Source: an uncultured Eubacteriales bacterium
GTDB lineage: Bacteria > Actinomycetota > Coriobacteriia > Anaerosomatales > JAHIQC01
Reading direction: 5' to 3'
Length of the DNA stretch: 64,000 nt
Assembly: GCA_964565645.1 (NCBI GenBank)
Contig: CAZMFQ010000011.1
Location: 1,717-65,716, forward strand
Position numbers and translations under genes: made by a program. Positions 34,491 through 43,906 of the stretch are shown piece after piece (the stretch's first letter is position 1; every line of letters starts with the position of its first letter). The notes beneath the pieces are model-generated. The model worked only from the letters and a program-made list of their open reading frames with translations. It made no database searches and had not been told where the DNA came from.

Positions 34491-35028
34491 CACCTCGCGC
34501 TACTTCGACCTGAGCCTGGACTCGCTCCGCGCGATCGGGGCGTGGTCGGCCGAGTGTGCCGAGCGGGTGTTGCCGCTGTTCGAGGTCTGCGCGCCCACCG
34601 ACCCGCGGCCCCGTGAGGCCATCGAGGGCATCCGCGAGTTCGCGGCCGGCGGCAAACGTGCGGCGCGCCTGCGAACGCTGGCGCTGCAGGCGCACGCCGC
34701 CGCGCGCGAGGTCGACGATCCCGCAGCGGCTGCCGCGGCGCGCGCGGCGGGCACGGCTGCCGCGAGCGCCTACACCCATCCGCTGGTCGATGTGCACCAG
34801 ACCAAGCACGTCATCGGGGCGGCCGCCTACGCAGCGCTCGCACGTGAACTCGCGTCCGGCGATGACACCGGCGCCTCAGAGGCGGAGGTCCGGTGGGCGA
34901 TCGAGCACGCCCCATCGGCGGCTCGCGACGTCCTGCTGCAGATGCCGGCCCGCCAGGCCGGCAAGAGCAGGCTCGACAGCATCCTGTTCGCGCTCGATGC
35001 GGGGATCCGGGCCACAGCGCCGGGTTAG
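34483..35028 (+). CDS. Imm5-like putative immunity protein (second paralog)
   Basis: WSAECAERVLPLFEVCAPTDPRPREAIE. Confidence 0.8.
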   Translation: MTDTSRYFDLSLDSLRAIGAWSAECAERVLPLFEVCAPTDPRPREAIEGIREFAAGGKRAARLRTLALQAHAAAREVDDPAAAAAARAAGTAAASAYTHPLVDVHQTKHVIGAAAYAALARELASGDDTGASEAEVRWAIEHAPSAARDVLLQMPARQAGKSRLDSILFALDAGIRATAPG

Positions 35029-35085
35029 TCGCCCAGGGTCTGGAGATACCCCTTCGCGGAGATAGACAACTCAGGAGGTGTCGAC

Positions 35086-35550
35086 ATGTCTGAGATAGTC
35101 GATTTCGCGAACGTCTCAACGGCCGGGCTGGAGTCCTCTCCGGTGGCCGACGCACTTGCCGGACTTCGCGCGAACGAGGCCCGGTACTACATGAACAAGT
35201 ACAAGCACGCCTTCGCGGTCGTCCCTGCGGCGGAGAGCGCCGATACCCTGGAGTACGTGACCACGATCCTTCGGAAGGAGCGCGACATCGAGTTCGCGGC
35301 CAAGCCCCTTCAGACCTCGCGCTTCCAGGTGGACGGCATCAAGATGGCCTACGTCTTCTACGAGGACGGACTCGCCGTCAACGTCATGTACTCGGTCGAC
35401 GACCCCAAGAAGCGAGCCGTCGGCTTCAAACTCTCGGAGGGCATGGATGTGCCCGCGGAACTCGAAGGACGGTTCAAGTTCGCCCGTCAGAAGTCCAAGT
35501 TGGCGGGCACCATCCGAGGATCGTTCTTCGTGATCAAGGGCGAGTACTAG
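35086..35550 (+). CDS. Conserved hypothetical protein
   Basis: RBS aggagg; SSPVADALAGLRANEARYYMNKY...KRAVGFKLSEG. Confidence 0.8.
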   Translation: MSEIVDFANVSTAGLESSPVADALAGLRANEARYYMNKYKHAFAVVPAAESADTLEYVTTILRKERDIEFAAKPLQTSRFQVDGIKMAYVFYEDGLAVNVMYSVDDPKKRAVGFKLSEGMDVPAELEGRFKFARQKSKLAGTIRGSFFVIKGEY

Positions 35551-35553
35551 CCT

Positions 35554-36462
35554 TCAGGCCGAGGAGAGCCCGAGCGCGTCTTGCAGGAACCGCATCTGGC
35601 TCTCGACGGCTGCGCGAGACACCGATGCCGCGGGCGCGACCGCTATGAAGCCGTGGCATGCTGCGTCGTACTCGGTGAACTCACACCGGACCCCCGCCTC
35701 CTGAAGCCGTTGCGCGTACGCACGGTCCTCCTCGAGGAACAGGTCGAGTGAGCCCACTCCGATCCATGCCGGCGGCAGTCCGCTAAGATCCGCCCGGCGG
35801 GCGGGCACCGCATACTCGGGGACGTCCTGCGATCCTGGCTCGCGGCCGAGGTACGACGACCAGCCGAAGAGGTTGCTGGCGTTGTTCCATACCGGATGAT
35901 CCACGGCATCGAGCTCTCTGCGTGCCGCCGTCCTGTCGTCGAGCATCGGGTACACGAGAAGCTGAGCCGCCGGCCGGGGACCCGGCTGATCGCATATCCG
36001 CTGCGCGAGCGCTGCCGCGAGGCCGCCGCCTGCGCTCTCGCCGCCCACGGCGACGCGGGCCGGGTCGAACCCGAGCTCCTCGGCATGGTCCAGAAGCCAC
36101 TGCCATGCCCGCCGGCAATCATCCAGCGCGGCCGGGAAGGGGTGCTTGGGGGCGAGCCGGTAGTGTGTGCAGGCCACGACGATGCCGAGCCGGGCGGCGA
36201 ACTCGGCGCAACGCGCGTCGTCCTGGCGCGGGGCGCCCACGACGAGTCCTCCACCGTGCATCCACAGCAACGCCCCGGTCACCGCGCGCTTCTCGGGCAC
36301 GATCAGTCGGACGCGCGCGGCGTTGCCGCTGTGCTCGCTGATGCGGACGTCACGCGGCCTGGGGCCGAGCGGCAGCCCGCCGAGGAGCCGGTACAGCGTC
36401 GCGGTCCTTCGTGTGACGCGCGGGACCTTCGTGGCTATGCGCAACTCCGGATCGAGGTTCAT
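35554..36462 (-). CDS. Alpha/beta hydrolase, HSL-family esterase
   Basis: HGGG; YRLAPKHPFPAALDD; GESAGG; YPMLDD; HGF. Confidence 0.92.
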   Translation of the reverse strand: MNLDPELRIATKVPRVTRRTATLYRLLGGLPLGPRPRDVRISEHSGNAARVRLIVPEKRAVTGALLWMHGGGLVVGAPRQDDARCAEFAARLGIVVACTHYRLAPKHPFPAALDDCRRAWQWLLDHAEELGFDPARVAVGGESAGGGLAAALAQRICDQPGPRPAAQLLVYPMLDDRTAARRELDAVDHPVWNNASNLFGWSSYLGREPGSQDVPEYAVPARRADLSGLPPAWIGVGSLDLFLEEDRAYAQRLQEAGVRCEFTEYDAACHGFIAVAPAASVSRAAVESQMRFLQDALGLSSA

Positions 36463-37160
36463 GGGCGCACGGATCCCTGTCGGGCCAGGATCCGCTGCAG
36501 GCCGTCGAGGATGATCTCGAGCCCGAACTCGAAGTCGGCGTCCGGATCGTAGCCGGAATGCATCGCATGCGACGCCATCCGGTGCAGATAGGGGTACTCC
36601 TCTGCCGGGATATAGGTCAGGAGCGCCTCGGCCATCTCCTCGGAAGAGGCGCCGTCGCCTGGCGACATGTTGAACTGCTGGATCCCGAAACCGTAGATGT
36701 AGCTGTCGAGCAGCGAGAACGCGCGTGCCGCGCCGTCGAGCGAGAAGCCCGCCCGGACCAGCGTGCCCAGGATGGAATCGAAGTAGTGCAGCCGCACCGG
36801 GCCGCTCGACTCGCGCGAGTCGAGAAGTGCCGGGGCCCAGGGATGCCGGCCGAAGACCTCGTGCGCGGATATCGCGCGGCGCCGCATGGCCTCGCGCCAG
36901 TCGTCGGCCTCGGTCGGCGCGTCGAGCTTCTCGACCACGAGATCGACCATGCCGTCGAGGATGTCGTCCTTGTTCGCGACGTGGTTGTACAGCGACATCG
37001 CCTCGACCCCCAGCCGTGCCGCGACCTCGCGCATGGTGACGGCGCCGACACCGCGCTCGTCGGCGATCTCGGCCGCCGTGGCCAAGATCCGGTCCCGGCT
37101 CAGGGGGGTACGCGGGGCCTTGCGGTCAGCGGGTATTCGGCTCGCTTTGGGCATCCTCAC
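36459..37160 (-). CDS. TetR family regulator (TetR_C type)
   Basis: LSRDRIL...VTMREVAARLGVEAMSLYNHV; FEFGLEIILDGL. Confidence 0.92.
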   Translation of the reverse strand: MRMPKASRIPADRKAPRTPLSRDRILATAAEIADERGVGAVTMREVAARLGVEAMSLYNHVANKDDILDGMVDLVVEKLDAPTEADDWREAMRRRAISAHEVFGRHPWAPALLDSRESSGPVRLHYFDSILGTLVRAGFSLDGAARAFSLLDSYIYGFGIQQFNMSPGDGASSEEMAEALLTYIPAEEYPYLHRMASHAMHSGYDPDADFEFGLEIILDGLQRILARQGSVRP

Positions 37161-37168
37161 CTCATGAC

Positions 37169-37221
37169 TTGACAGACTTACTAAGTAAGTCGATACTGCC
37201 GATATGACTTACTAAGTAAGT
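37169..37221 (+). promoter_or_regulatory. TTGACA-N17-GATACT promoter with two ACTTACTAAGTAAGT operators
   Basis: Identical 15-bp dyads at 37176-37190 and 37207-37221, in the divergent intergenic region. Confidence 0.78.
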
Positions 37222-37278
37222 ATACAGGAGGCGCCGGGGTGCGCAAGCCGACCCGGCATATGTGAAGGAGGATGCACG

Positions 37279-38082
37279 ATGAACGGATCGACAGGTACGG
37301 AGACGCGGTCACAGCGGGTCGGGGGAGCGGCTGCGCTGTATCTGGCGCTCGCATACATCGCCGCGATGCCCTACTTCCTGCTCGCCGTCGACTACCCCGG
37401 CGCGAGAACCGTGGCGGACAAGGTCGCTCTGGTCGTGGGCAACTACGCGAGCATGTACGCGATGTACCTCGTGACGTACGTCTTCTTCGGGATCGTGCTC
37501 GGGGTGCTGGTGTTCGCGCTGTACGACAGGTTCAGGCCCGTCGCTCCGTCGGCCGCGCGCATCATGGCGGCCGTGGGGCTTCTGTGGGCGGTCGTGCTCG
37601 TGGCGAGCGGGATGGTCTTCAACCACGGGATGACCACGGTGGTGGGCCTGGCACGGACGGACATGGCGCAAGCGCGTGCGGTGTGGCTGGCGATCGAGCC
37701 GGTGGCTCAGGGACTGGGCGGGGCGGGCGGAGAGCTCCTCGGCGGTCTGTGGGTGTTGCTCGTGAGCGGACTCGCGATCAGGAGCGGCGCGCTGCCCCGG
37801 TCGCTCGGCTGGTTCGGCGTGCTCATCGGCGCTGCGGGCATGCTTTCGACCGTGCCGCCGCGAGCGCGGTCGCTTCGCCGGCGTAGTGCCCTCGGATGCG
37901 CCGCGCCTCGCGTCATCTGCGCCATCTGTGGGTACCTTAGGTGCGACACACGTCGCGAAGGAGTGGTGGCGGGATGGCGGAGTACACGCGTGACGAGGCG
38001 CTGGCGTTCCTGGATGCCGTCCGTCTCACCGTCGAGGGCAAGGTCGGGTTCAAGTGGATGGTGGCCAAGCTCTCGGACCTGA
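37279..38082 (+). pseudogene. DUF4386-like membrane protein, apparently truncated near 37860 with a non-native read-through tail
   Basis: TM pattern ends at LSTVPP, then Arg-rich sequence overlapping the next gene. Confidence 0.55.
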
Positions 38083-38189
38083 GCGCGTTCGTGGACTCCG
38101 TCACAGCGGAGAACGCGACGCTCAACGAGTTCGTCGACAGCTCCGGAACGCGAGAGCAGTACCAGGCGTTCCTCTCGTCGCGAATGTGA
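37974..38189 (+). CDS. Small hypothetical protein (71 aa)
   Basis: MAEYTRDEALAFLDAV...; host-like codon usage. Confidence 0.6.
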   Translation: MAEYTRDEALAFLDAVRLTVEGKVGFKWMVAKLSDLSAFVDSVTAENATLNEFVDSSGTREQYQAFLSSRM

Positions 38190-38216
38190 TCCGTCCCCGG
38201 CAGGAAGGCGCCCGAG

Positions 38217-38582
38217 ATGCCCGATCCGACCAGCCCCATCGACGAGTACATCGCCGGGTTTGCGCCCGAGGTGCGTGAGCGGCTCGAGCGCGTCCGTGCG
38301 ATCATCGCGCAGACCGCTCCCGACGCCGTGGAGACGATCAGCTACGCGATCCCCACGTTCGACCTCAATGGCAAGCACCTCGTGCACTTCGCCGGGTTCG
38401 CGCATCACATAGGGCTGTACCCGATCCCCTCCGCGATGGAGGCATTCAAAGACGAGCTCTCCGCCTACAAACAGGGCAAGGGCTCGGTGCAGTTCCCCCT
38501 GAGCGAGCCTCTCCCCGAGGATCTGATCCGGCGGATCGTCGAGTTCCGGGTCGAGGAGAGCGTCCGCAAGCAAGCGAAATGA
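38217..38582 (+). CDS. DUF1801 / YdhG-like protein
   Basis: IDEYIAGF; ETISYAIPTF; HIGLYP; GKGSVQFPL. Confidence 0.88.
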   Translation: MPDPTSPIDEYIAGFAPEVRERLERVRAIIAQTAPDAVETISYAIPTFDLNGKHLVHFAGFAHHIGLYPIPSAMEAFKDELSAYKQGKGSVQFPLSEPLPEDLIRRIVEFRVEESVRKQAK

Positions 38583-38586
38583 GGCG

Positions 38587-39072
38587 ATGACGATGCAGGC
38601 GATCAGCCCGTTCTTGTGGTTCGATTCCCAGGCCGAGGAAGCGGCGGAGTTCTACACGAGCGTGTTCCGCAACTCCCGCATCCTGTCGACGACACGCTAC
38701 CCCGAAGGTTCGCCGGGGGAGGCGGGAACCGTGATGACCGTGCGCTTCGTTCTGGATGGCGAGGAGTTCACCGCGCTCAACGGCGGTCCGATCTTCCGGT
38801 TCACCCCGGCCATCTCCTTCGTGGTGAGCTGTCCCGACCAGGCCGAGGTGGACCGTCTGTGGACCGTTCTCACCGCCGACGGTGGCGAGGAGGGTCAGTG
38901 CGGGTGGCTCACCGACCGCTTCGGACTCTCGTGGCAGATCGTGCCCGAAGGCATGTACGCGCTGTTCAGTTCACCGGACTCCGAGGCCGTGCGACGCGCC
39001 AACGCCGCCATGCTCAAGATGAGCCGACTCGACCTCGCGGCGATGCAGCGCGCCTTCGACGGCGAGGCGTGA
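38587..39072 (+). CDS. VOC family (PhnB / 3-demethylubiquinone-9 methyltransferase-like)
   Basis: ISPFLWFD; ALNGGP; QCGWLTDRFGLSWQIVP. Confidence 0.9.
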   Translation: MTMQAISPFLWFDSQAEEAAEFYTSVFRNSRILSTTRYPEGSPGEAGTVMTVRFVLDGEEFTALNGGPIFRFTPAISFVVSCPDQAEVDRLWTVLTADGGEEGQCGWLTDRFGLSWQIVPEGMYALFSSPDSEAVRRANAAMLKMSRLDLAAMQRAFDGEA

Positions 39073-39376
39073 ATCGGGCCCTCACCGAGGGTACCGCTGA
39101 CGGGTAGGCGTATACTCGGGGGTGTTGCGCGGCATCAGCGGCGCTTCGGCCGGGGTCCGGCCGACCTTCTCCTGCCTCTTCTGCCTCGACGGGTCGACAG
39201 CATCTGCCAACCGGTGCCGATGCCGATCCTGAGGTCTCGCGAAGGGGTGCGCCCTTCGGCGCGAACCGACGATCGACTGTCTCCGCGTGCGCCTCGATTC
39301 CGAGGTCTCGGCTCCGGGTGCGGCTGCCCCATCGTGAGATGTGGCGGTCGCTGCCGCCTACGTTCGGGGAGTCAAG

Positions 39377-40201
39377 ATGTCGGATATCGATGCACGTTTT
39401 GAACGATCCACTGCGCGACCCACCACGGCCCTGCTGCTTGCCGCGGGGATGGGGAGCCGTCTGGCCCCCCTCACGGATTCGACCGCGAAATGCCTCGTGG
39501 ACCTGAGCGGCGTGTCGATCCTGGAGCGCCTGTTGCGAGTGCTCAACAGCCAGGGCTTCACACGCCTCGTCGTCGTGGTCGGGCACGAGTCCGACTCCAT
39601 CCAGGACTACCTGGGCGACCATTCCGGGGACATCCGGATCAGTTACCTGACGAGTTCCTGTTATCGGACCACGAACAACATCTACAGTCTGTGGCTCGCC
39701 CGTGGCGTCATCGACGAGCCCTTCGTCCTTCTTGAAAGCGATCTGGTGTTCGAGGAATCGCTGTTCGAGCAGATGCTCGTCCCTGACGCGATCGCCGTCT
39801 CCCGGCAACTGCCGTGGATGAACGGGACGACGGTGACGCTGGACGGCGAGGAGGGCGTCGGCGCCTTCTGTCTCGGCGAGATGAGCCGGCCCGACGCCAC
39901 CCACTACAAGACGGTGAACATCTACAGCTTCTCGCGCGGCACGTGGCGCTCCATATGTGACCGCCTCGACACCTACATCGCCGCGAAGCGCACGGGCGAC
40001 TACTACGAGTCGGTCTTTGCGGAGATGGTCGCCGAGGGCGCGCTCACGCTCGCCCCGGTGCTCTTCGATGCCGACAGCTGGTACGAGATTGACACGCTCG
40101 AGGACCTTGAGGCGGCTGCGAGCATCTTCCCGAGGTACTCGGAGACCATGAGGCGTGATGCCGTCGCGATGCTCCGTGCGGATGCGGGGGCAGCCGGGTG
40201 A
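39377..40201 (+). CDS. Cytidylyltransferase (phosphocholine cytidylyltransferase / LicC-like)
   Basis: LLAAGMGSRL..T...KCL; TNNIYSLWL; ESDLVF; WYEIDTLEDL. Confidence 0.85.
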   Translation: MSDIDARFERSTARPTTALLLAAGMGSRLAPLTDSTAKCLVDLSGVSILERLLRVLNSQGFTRLVVVVGHESDSIQDYLGDHSGDIRISYLTSSCYRTTNNIYSLWLARGVIDEPFVLLESDLVFEESLFEQMLVPDAIAVSRQLPWMNGTTVTLDGEEGVGAFCLGEMSRPDATHYKTVNIYSFSRGTWRSICDRLDTYIAAKRTGDYYESVFAEMVAEGALTLAPVLFDADSWYEIDTLEDLEAAASIFPRYSETMRRDAVAMLRADAGAAG

Positions 40202-41319
40202 CGAGTCCCGAGCAGACCGCGCGCGCCGACCGGGTCGCCGAGTACGAGGCGCTCCAGACCGAGCACGGAGGGTACTGGCGCCACGGCTTCGTCGACCACG
40301 CGTATCTGTACAACCTGTACTTCCCGCCGGAGTCGCTGTTCGACGAGTTCCGCGAACGGCTTCACGACCTCGTGCTCAACTATCCGGTGGCGCAGAACGT
40401 GCTCGCCGGACTCCTCGGCAGACTGATAGGGCAGCCTCCCGAGCGCCTGGTCGTGGCCAACGGCGCCGCCGAGATCATCAAGATCGTCTCCGGACACCTG
40501 GCCACCCGTCTCATCATCCCCGTGCCGTCGTTCAACGAGTACGCGAACGCTTGTCCGCCCGGCGTCGCCGTGGAGTTCGTGTTGGACGCGCCCGGCTTTG
40601 CCCTGGACGTGGACCGCTTCGCCTCCGAGGCGATCGCCGCGGGTGCCGACCTCGCGGTCGTGGTCTCGCCGAACAACCCGACCTCTATGATGGTGCCGCG
40701 CGCCGACCTGGTGCGGCTGCTTTCGCTGCTCGAGGACCACGGATGCATGCTGCTCGTGGACGAGTCGTTCATCGATTTCTCCGGAAGCGGCCATGCGGAG
40801 TCGCTCGAGCAGGACCTCGCCGGACACCGGAACCTCGCCGTCATCAAGAGTGTGAGCAAGGCGTACGGCATCTGCGGCCTGCGCATCGGCTACCTCGCGA
40901 CAGCCAACAGCGAGTTCGCCGAGCGCGTGCGTGACGGTCTGCACATCTGGAACCTCAACGGGTTCGCCGAGGAGTTCCTGCGTGTGGCCCCCGCTTACCG
41001 TCGGGAGTTCGTGGAGAGCTGCGAGGCGGTACGCGGCGACGCCGCGGCGTTTCACGAGCGCCTGAACTCGATCCCGGGCCTTCGCGTCTACCGGCCCGAC
41101 GCGAACTTCGTCTTCTGCCGGCTGCCCGACGAGGCACCGAGCGGTCCCGAGGTCGCGCTCGAGCTGTTCGTGGAGCACAACATCCTGGTCAAGGACACCG
41201 CAGGCAAGACCATGCCCGAGGCGGACAGATACCTGCGTCTGGCCTGTCGTACGCGCCCGGAGAACGAGTCGCTCGCCGCTGCGCTCGCCACCATCCTGAC
41301 CCGGGAAGCAAGCCGATGA
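40198..41319 (+). CDS. PLP-dependent class I/II enzyme (CobD/HisC-like)
   Basis: NGAAEII; SPNNPT; VDESFIDF; KSVSKAYGICGLRIGY. Confidence 0.88.
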   Translation: MTSPEQTARADRVAEYEALQTEHGGYWRHGFVDHAYLYNLYFPPESLFDEFRERLHDLVLNYPVAQNVLAGLLGRLIGQPPERLVVANGAAEIIKIVSGHLATRLIIPVPSFNEYANACPPGVAVEFVLDAPGFALDVDRFASEAIAAGADLAVVVSPNNPTSMMVPRADLVRLLSLLEDHGCMLLVDESFIDFSGSGHAESLEQDLAGHRNLAVIKSVSKAYGICGLRIGYLATANSEFAERVRDGLHIWNLNGFAEEFLRVAPAYRREFVESCEAVRGDAAAFHERLNSIPGLRVYRPDANFVFCRLPDEAPSGPEVALELFVEHNILVKDTAGKTMPEADRYLRLACRTRPENESLAAALATILTREASR

Positions 41320-41960
41320 CCTCGCACAGGCACACCCCGCACCCCAAGCCGATGCTGTGGTTCGCGCGCGACCTGCCGAACCTGGTCTCGCTCCTGGGTC
41401 TCGCCTCGGCGCTTCTCGGCATCTACTACGCGATCCTCGGCGTGTACCCGGCCGCGATGATCGGGCTTGTCTGGGCGATCGCGTTCGACTGGCTCGACGG
41501 CAGGGTCGCACGACGGCTCAAGGGCCGCACCGGCGAGCAGTCCGCGTACGGGGCGAACCTCGACTCGCTCATAGACATCGTGAGCTTCGGGATCGCGCCG
41601 GCGATCGTGCTTCTGTCGGTCGGCGGCTACGACGCGTGGTACCTGCCGGGCGCGTTCATCGTCGTGGGCGGCGCGGCGATCCGCCTGAGCTACTTCAACG
41701 TCTTCGGCCTGGCCGACGACTCTACCTACCGCGGTCTCGCCCTCGACAACAACGTGATCCTGCTCGTCGCGCTCTTTGCGATCCGACCTTTGGTCGGCGG
41801 GCAGGCGTTCGCGATCGTGCTGTACGCGATGCTCATCGTCCTTGCCGCTCTCAACGTCTCGACGCTGCGGACGCCCAAACTCGGAGGCGATTGGTACTAC
41901 GCGATCATCGCCTACGCCGCGGCCATGAGCGCCCTGTTCGCATGGCAGCTCGCGGCCTGA
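41316..41960 (+). CDS. CDP-alcohol phosphatidyltransferase
   Basis: DWLDGRVAR...YGANLDSLIDIVSFG motif. Confidence 0.9.
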   Translation: MTSHRHTPHPKPMLWFARDLPNLVSLLGLASALLGIYYAILGVYPAAMIGLVWAIAFDWLDGRVARRLKGRTGEQSAYGANLDSLIDIVSFGIAPAIVLLSVGGYDAWYLPGAFIVVGGAAIRLSYFNVFGLADDSTYRGLALDNNVILLVALFAIRPLVGGQAFAIVLYAMLIVLAALNVSTLRTPKLGGDWYYAIIAYAAAMSALFAWQLAA

Positions 41961-42125
41961 CGAGCCCCGAATCCCGCCTCTTGCAGCATGTTTCCTCGGA
42001 ATGTGTTAGTATCTGCGTGTGTGAGCCATTCGGGCTCACGAGATTGCGACGTGACAACCCGCATTCTGGCGGAAACGTCACGTCGTTTTGTTTTGCCCCA
42101 CTACGGGGCGAGAGGATGGTTTGGC

Positions 42126-42329
42126 ATGGCTGAAGGTAAAGTAAAGTGGTTCAACGCTGACAAGGGTTACGGCTTCATCGAGCGCGAGGACGGCGACGAC
42201 CTGTTCGTCCACTTCTCCGAGATCCAGACCGAGGGCTTCAAGACCCTCGACGAGGGTCAGGCCGTTTCCTTCACGGAAGCCACTGGCCAGAACGGCAAGA
42301 AGCAGGCGACCCAGGTGCGCGCCATCTAG
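42126..42329 (+). CDS. cspA: Cold-shock protein
   Basis: [15 protein letters not shown]; DLFVHFSEI; GFKTLDEGQ. Confidence 0.95.
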   Translation: MAEGKVKWFNADKGYGFIEREDGDDLFVHFSEIQTEGFKTLDEGQAVSFTEATGQNGKKQATQVRAI

Positions 42330-42360
42330 GTTTCGCTTTCGCGAATCGCTGTTGAGTCGG

Positions 42361-42380
42361 GCGGTCCCTTCGGGGGCCGC
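42361..42380 (+). terminator. Hairpin after cspA
   Basis: gcggtccc-ttcg-ggggccgc; no strong U-tract. Confidence 0.55.
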
Positions 42381-42502
42381 TCGATCTGCGTTGTGTGGAG
42401 GATGCCGGGACCCCGCTGCTGCTGCGCTCGCTCGCTATAAGCCAGATGGAACCGCAGAATGTGATAGTCTTATCGCACTGACTGACGCCCCCTGGAGGTC
42501 CA

Positions 42503-43015
42503 GTGCCCGAGCGCTCTCGACGTGTGGCGATTCTGGCCCACTGCCATCTCGATGTGAACACCAAGGTCCACGGCCTGGCTCGCTGCGCGGGCGCCGATGT
42601 CGACCTCGTGGCTCCGCTGCTTGCAGAGGGCGTCGGGATCATCCAGCTTCCGTGTCCAGAGGCGACGTTCCTCGGCATGTCGAGATGGGGCATGACCCGG
42701 GAGCAGTACGACGTCCCCGCGTACCGCAGGCATTGCGAGCAGATCCTTGGTCCGGTGATCGACACCCTCAGTGCGTTGGATGCCGACGGATGCGAACTGC
42801 TCGGGGTCATCGGCGTCGACGGCAGCCCGAGCTGCGGAGTCCGCCGCACGTGCGCGGGATACGGAGGCGGCGAGATCGAGCGGCTCTTTGCCGCAGGCGA
42901 GTCGCCGAGCGCCACTGACGCAGCGATGCCGGGCGTGTTCATGGAGGTCCTTCGGTCGCGGCTGTCCGCCGTCGGCCTGGATATCGAGTTTCGCGCTGTG
43001 GACGAGGGCGCGTGA
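42503..43015 (+). CDS. TudS-related (DUF523 / CD3072-like) putative desulfidase
   Basis: LAHCHLDVN; IIQLPCPE; REQYD..AYRRHC; GVDGSPSCG. Confidence 0.75.
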   Translation: MPERSRRVAILAHCHLDVNTKVHGLARCAGADVDLVAPLLAEGVGIIQLPCPEATFLGMSRWGMTREQYDVPAYRRHCEQILGPVIDTLSALDADGCELLGVIGVDGSPSCGVRRTCAGYGGGEIERLFAAGESPSATDAAMPGVFMEVLRSRLSAVGLDIEFRAVDEGA

Positions 43016-43047
43016 GCGCGCCCGGGAACGAAGGGATCGACACGGAA

Positions 43048-43887
43048 ATGCAGACGCACAAGAGATGGATCGCACTCATGGTGGCCGGATGCCTCATCGC
43101 CGCGTTGGCGCTGACGGGTTGCGGCGCCAAGGAAGCCGCCGAGGACAAGCCCGCGGGCGAGACCGAGACGGTCTCCGATGACTCGCTCGCCAAGGTGACC
43201 GAGGCCGGCACGCTCGTGGTCGGGTTGGCGCCGTTCTATGCGCCCTTCGAGTCCACCAATGAGCAGACCAAGGAGATCGAGGGCTTCGACATCGATCTCA
43301 TGAACGCCATCGTCGAGAAGATGGGCGTCAAGGCCGAGTACAAGCCGGCCGAGTGGCAGGCGCTCCTCGGCGGTATCGAGAAGGGTGACTACGACGTCAT
43401 CTTCTCGGCCATGTCCAAGAAGGAGGCCGCGGAGGCCAACGTCGAGTTCTCGGACGTCTACTACCAGCTGCCCGACGTCATCATCGTCGCCAAGGGCAAC
43501 CCGGTGGGGATAGCGGACAAGGCGGGCCTCAAGGACAAGGTCGTCGGCGTGCAGATCGGTTCGGGATCCGAGCAGATCGCCGACGCCCTCAAGTCCGAGG
43601 TCGGATTCAAAGAGGTCAAGAAGTACAAGCTCACGCAGGACGCCATGAACGACCTGAAGGCAGGCCGTATCGACGCCGTGCTCGCAGGTCAGGCTTTCGC
43701 GGTCGAGCAGAGCAAGGTCGATCCGAGCTTCGAACTCGTGGGTGAGCCCCTCGAGACCGCCGATCTCGTAGGCGTGTTCGCCAAGGGGTCGACCACCCTC
43801 GTCGACGCGTTCAACGCCGCACTGGCCGAAGTCAAGGCCGACGGCACGTACGACCAGCTCGTGGAGAAGTGGCTCACGGTCAAGTAG
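43048..43887 (+). CDS. Polar amino-acid ABC substrate-binding lipoprotein
   Basis: Lipobox LTGC; YAPFE; GFDIDL; VGVQIGS. Confidence 0.9.
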   Translation: MQTHKRWIALMVAGCLIAALALTGCGAKEAAEDKPAGETETVSDDSLAKVTEAGTLVVGLAPFYAPFESTNEQTKEIEGFDIDLMNAIVEKMGVKAEYKPAEWQALLGGIEKGDYDVIFSAMSKKEAAEANVEFSDVYYQLPDVIIVAKGNPVGIADKAGLKDKVVGVQIGSGSEQIADALKSEVGFKEVKKYKLTQDAMNDLKAGRIDAVLAGQAFAVEQSKVDPSFELVGEPLETADLVGVFAKGSTTLVDAFNAALAEVKADGTYDQLVEKWLTVK

Positions 43888-43906
43888 TCCATCGGCCACA
43901 CGTGAT

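Noticed and set aside
35086-35550. Possible phage structural gene
   Set aside because: Isolated, with no prophage context; left as conserved hypothetical.
39117-39376. Possible riboswitch in the long leader of the cytidylyltransferase operon
   Set aside because: GC-rich hairpins are present, but I recognise no known aptamer motif; an Rfam search would be needed.
42271-43899. Long antisense ORFs (e.g. 542 aa at 42271, 502 aa at 40003, 401 aa at 45708, 470 aa at 54767)
   Set aside because: Shadow frames of real high-GC genes on the opposite strand or in another frame; no recognisable motifs.
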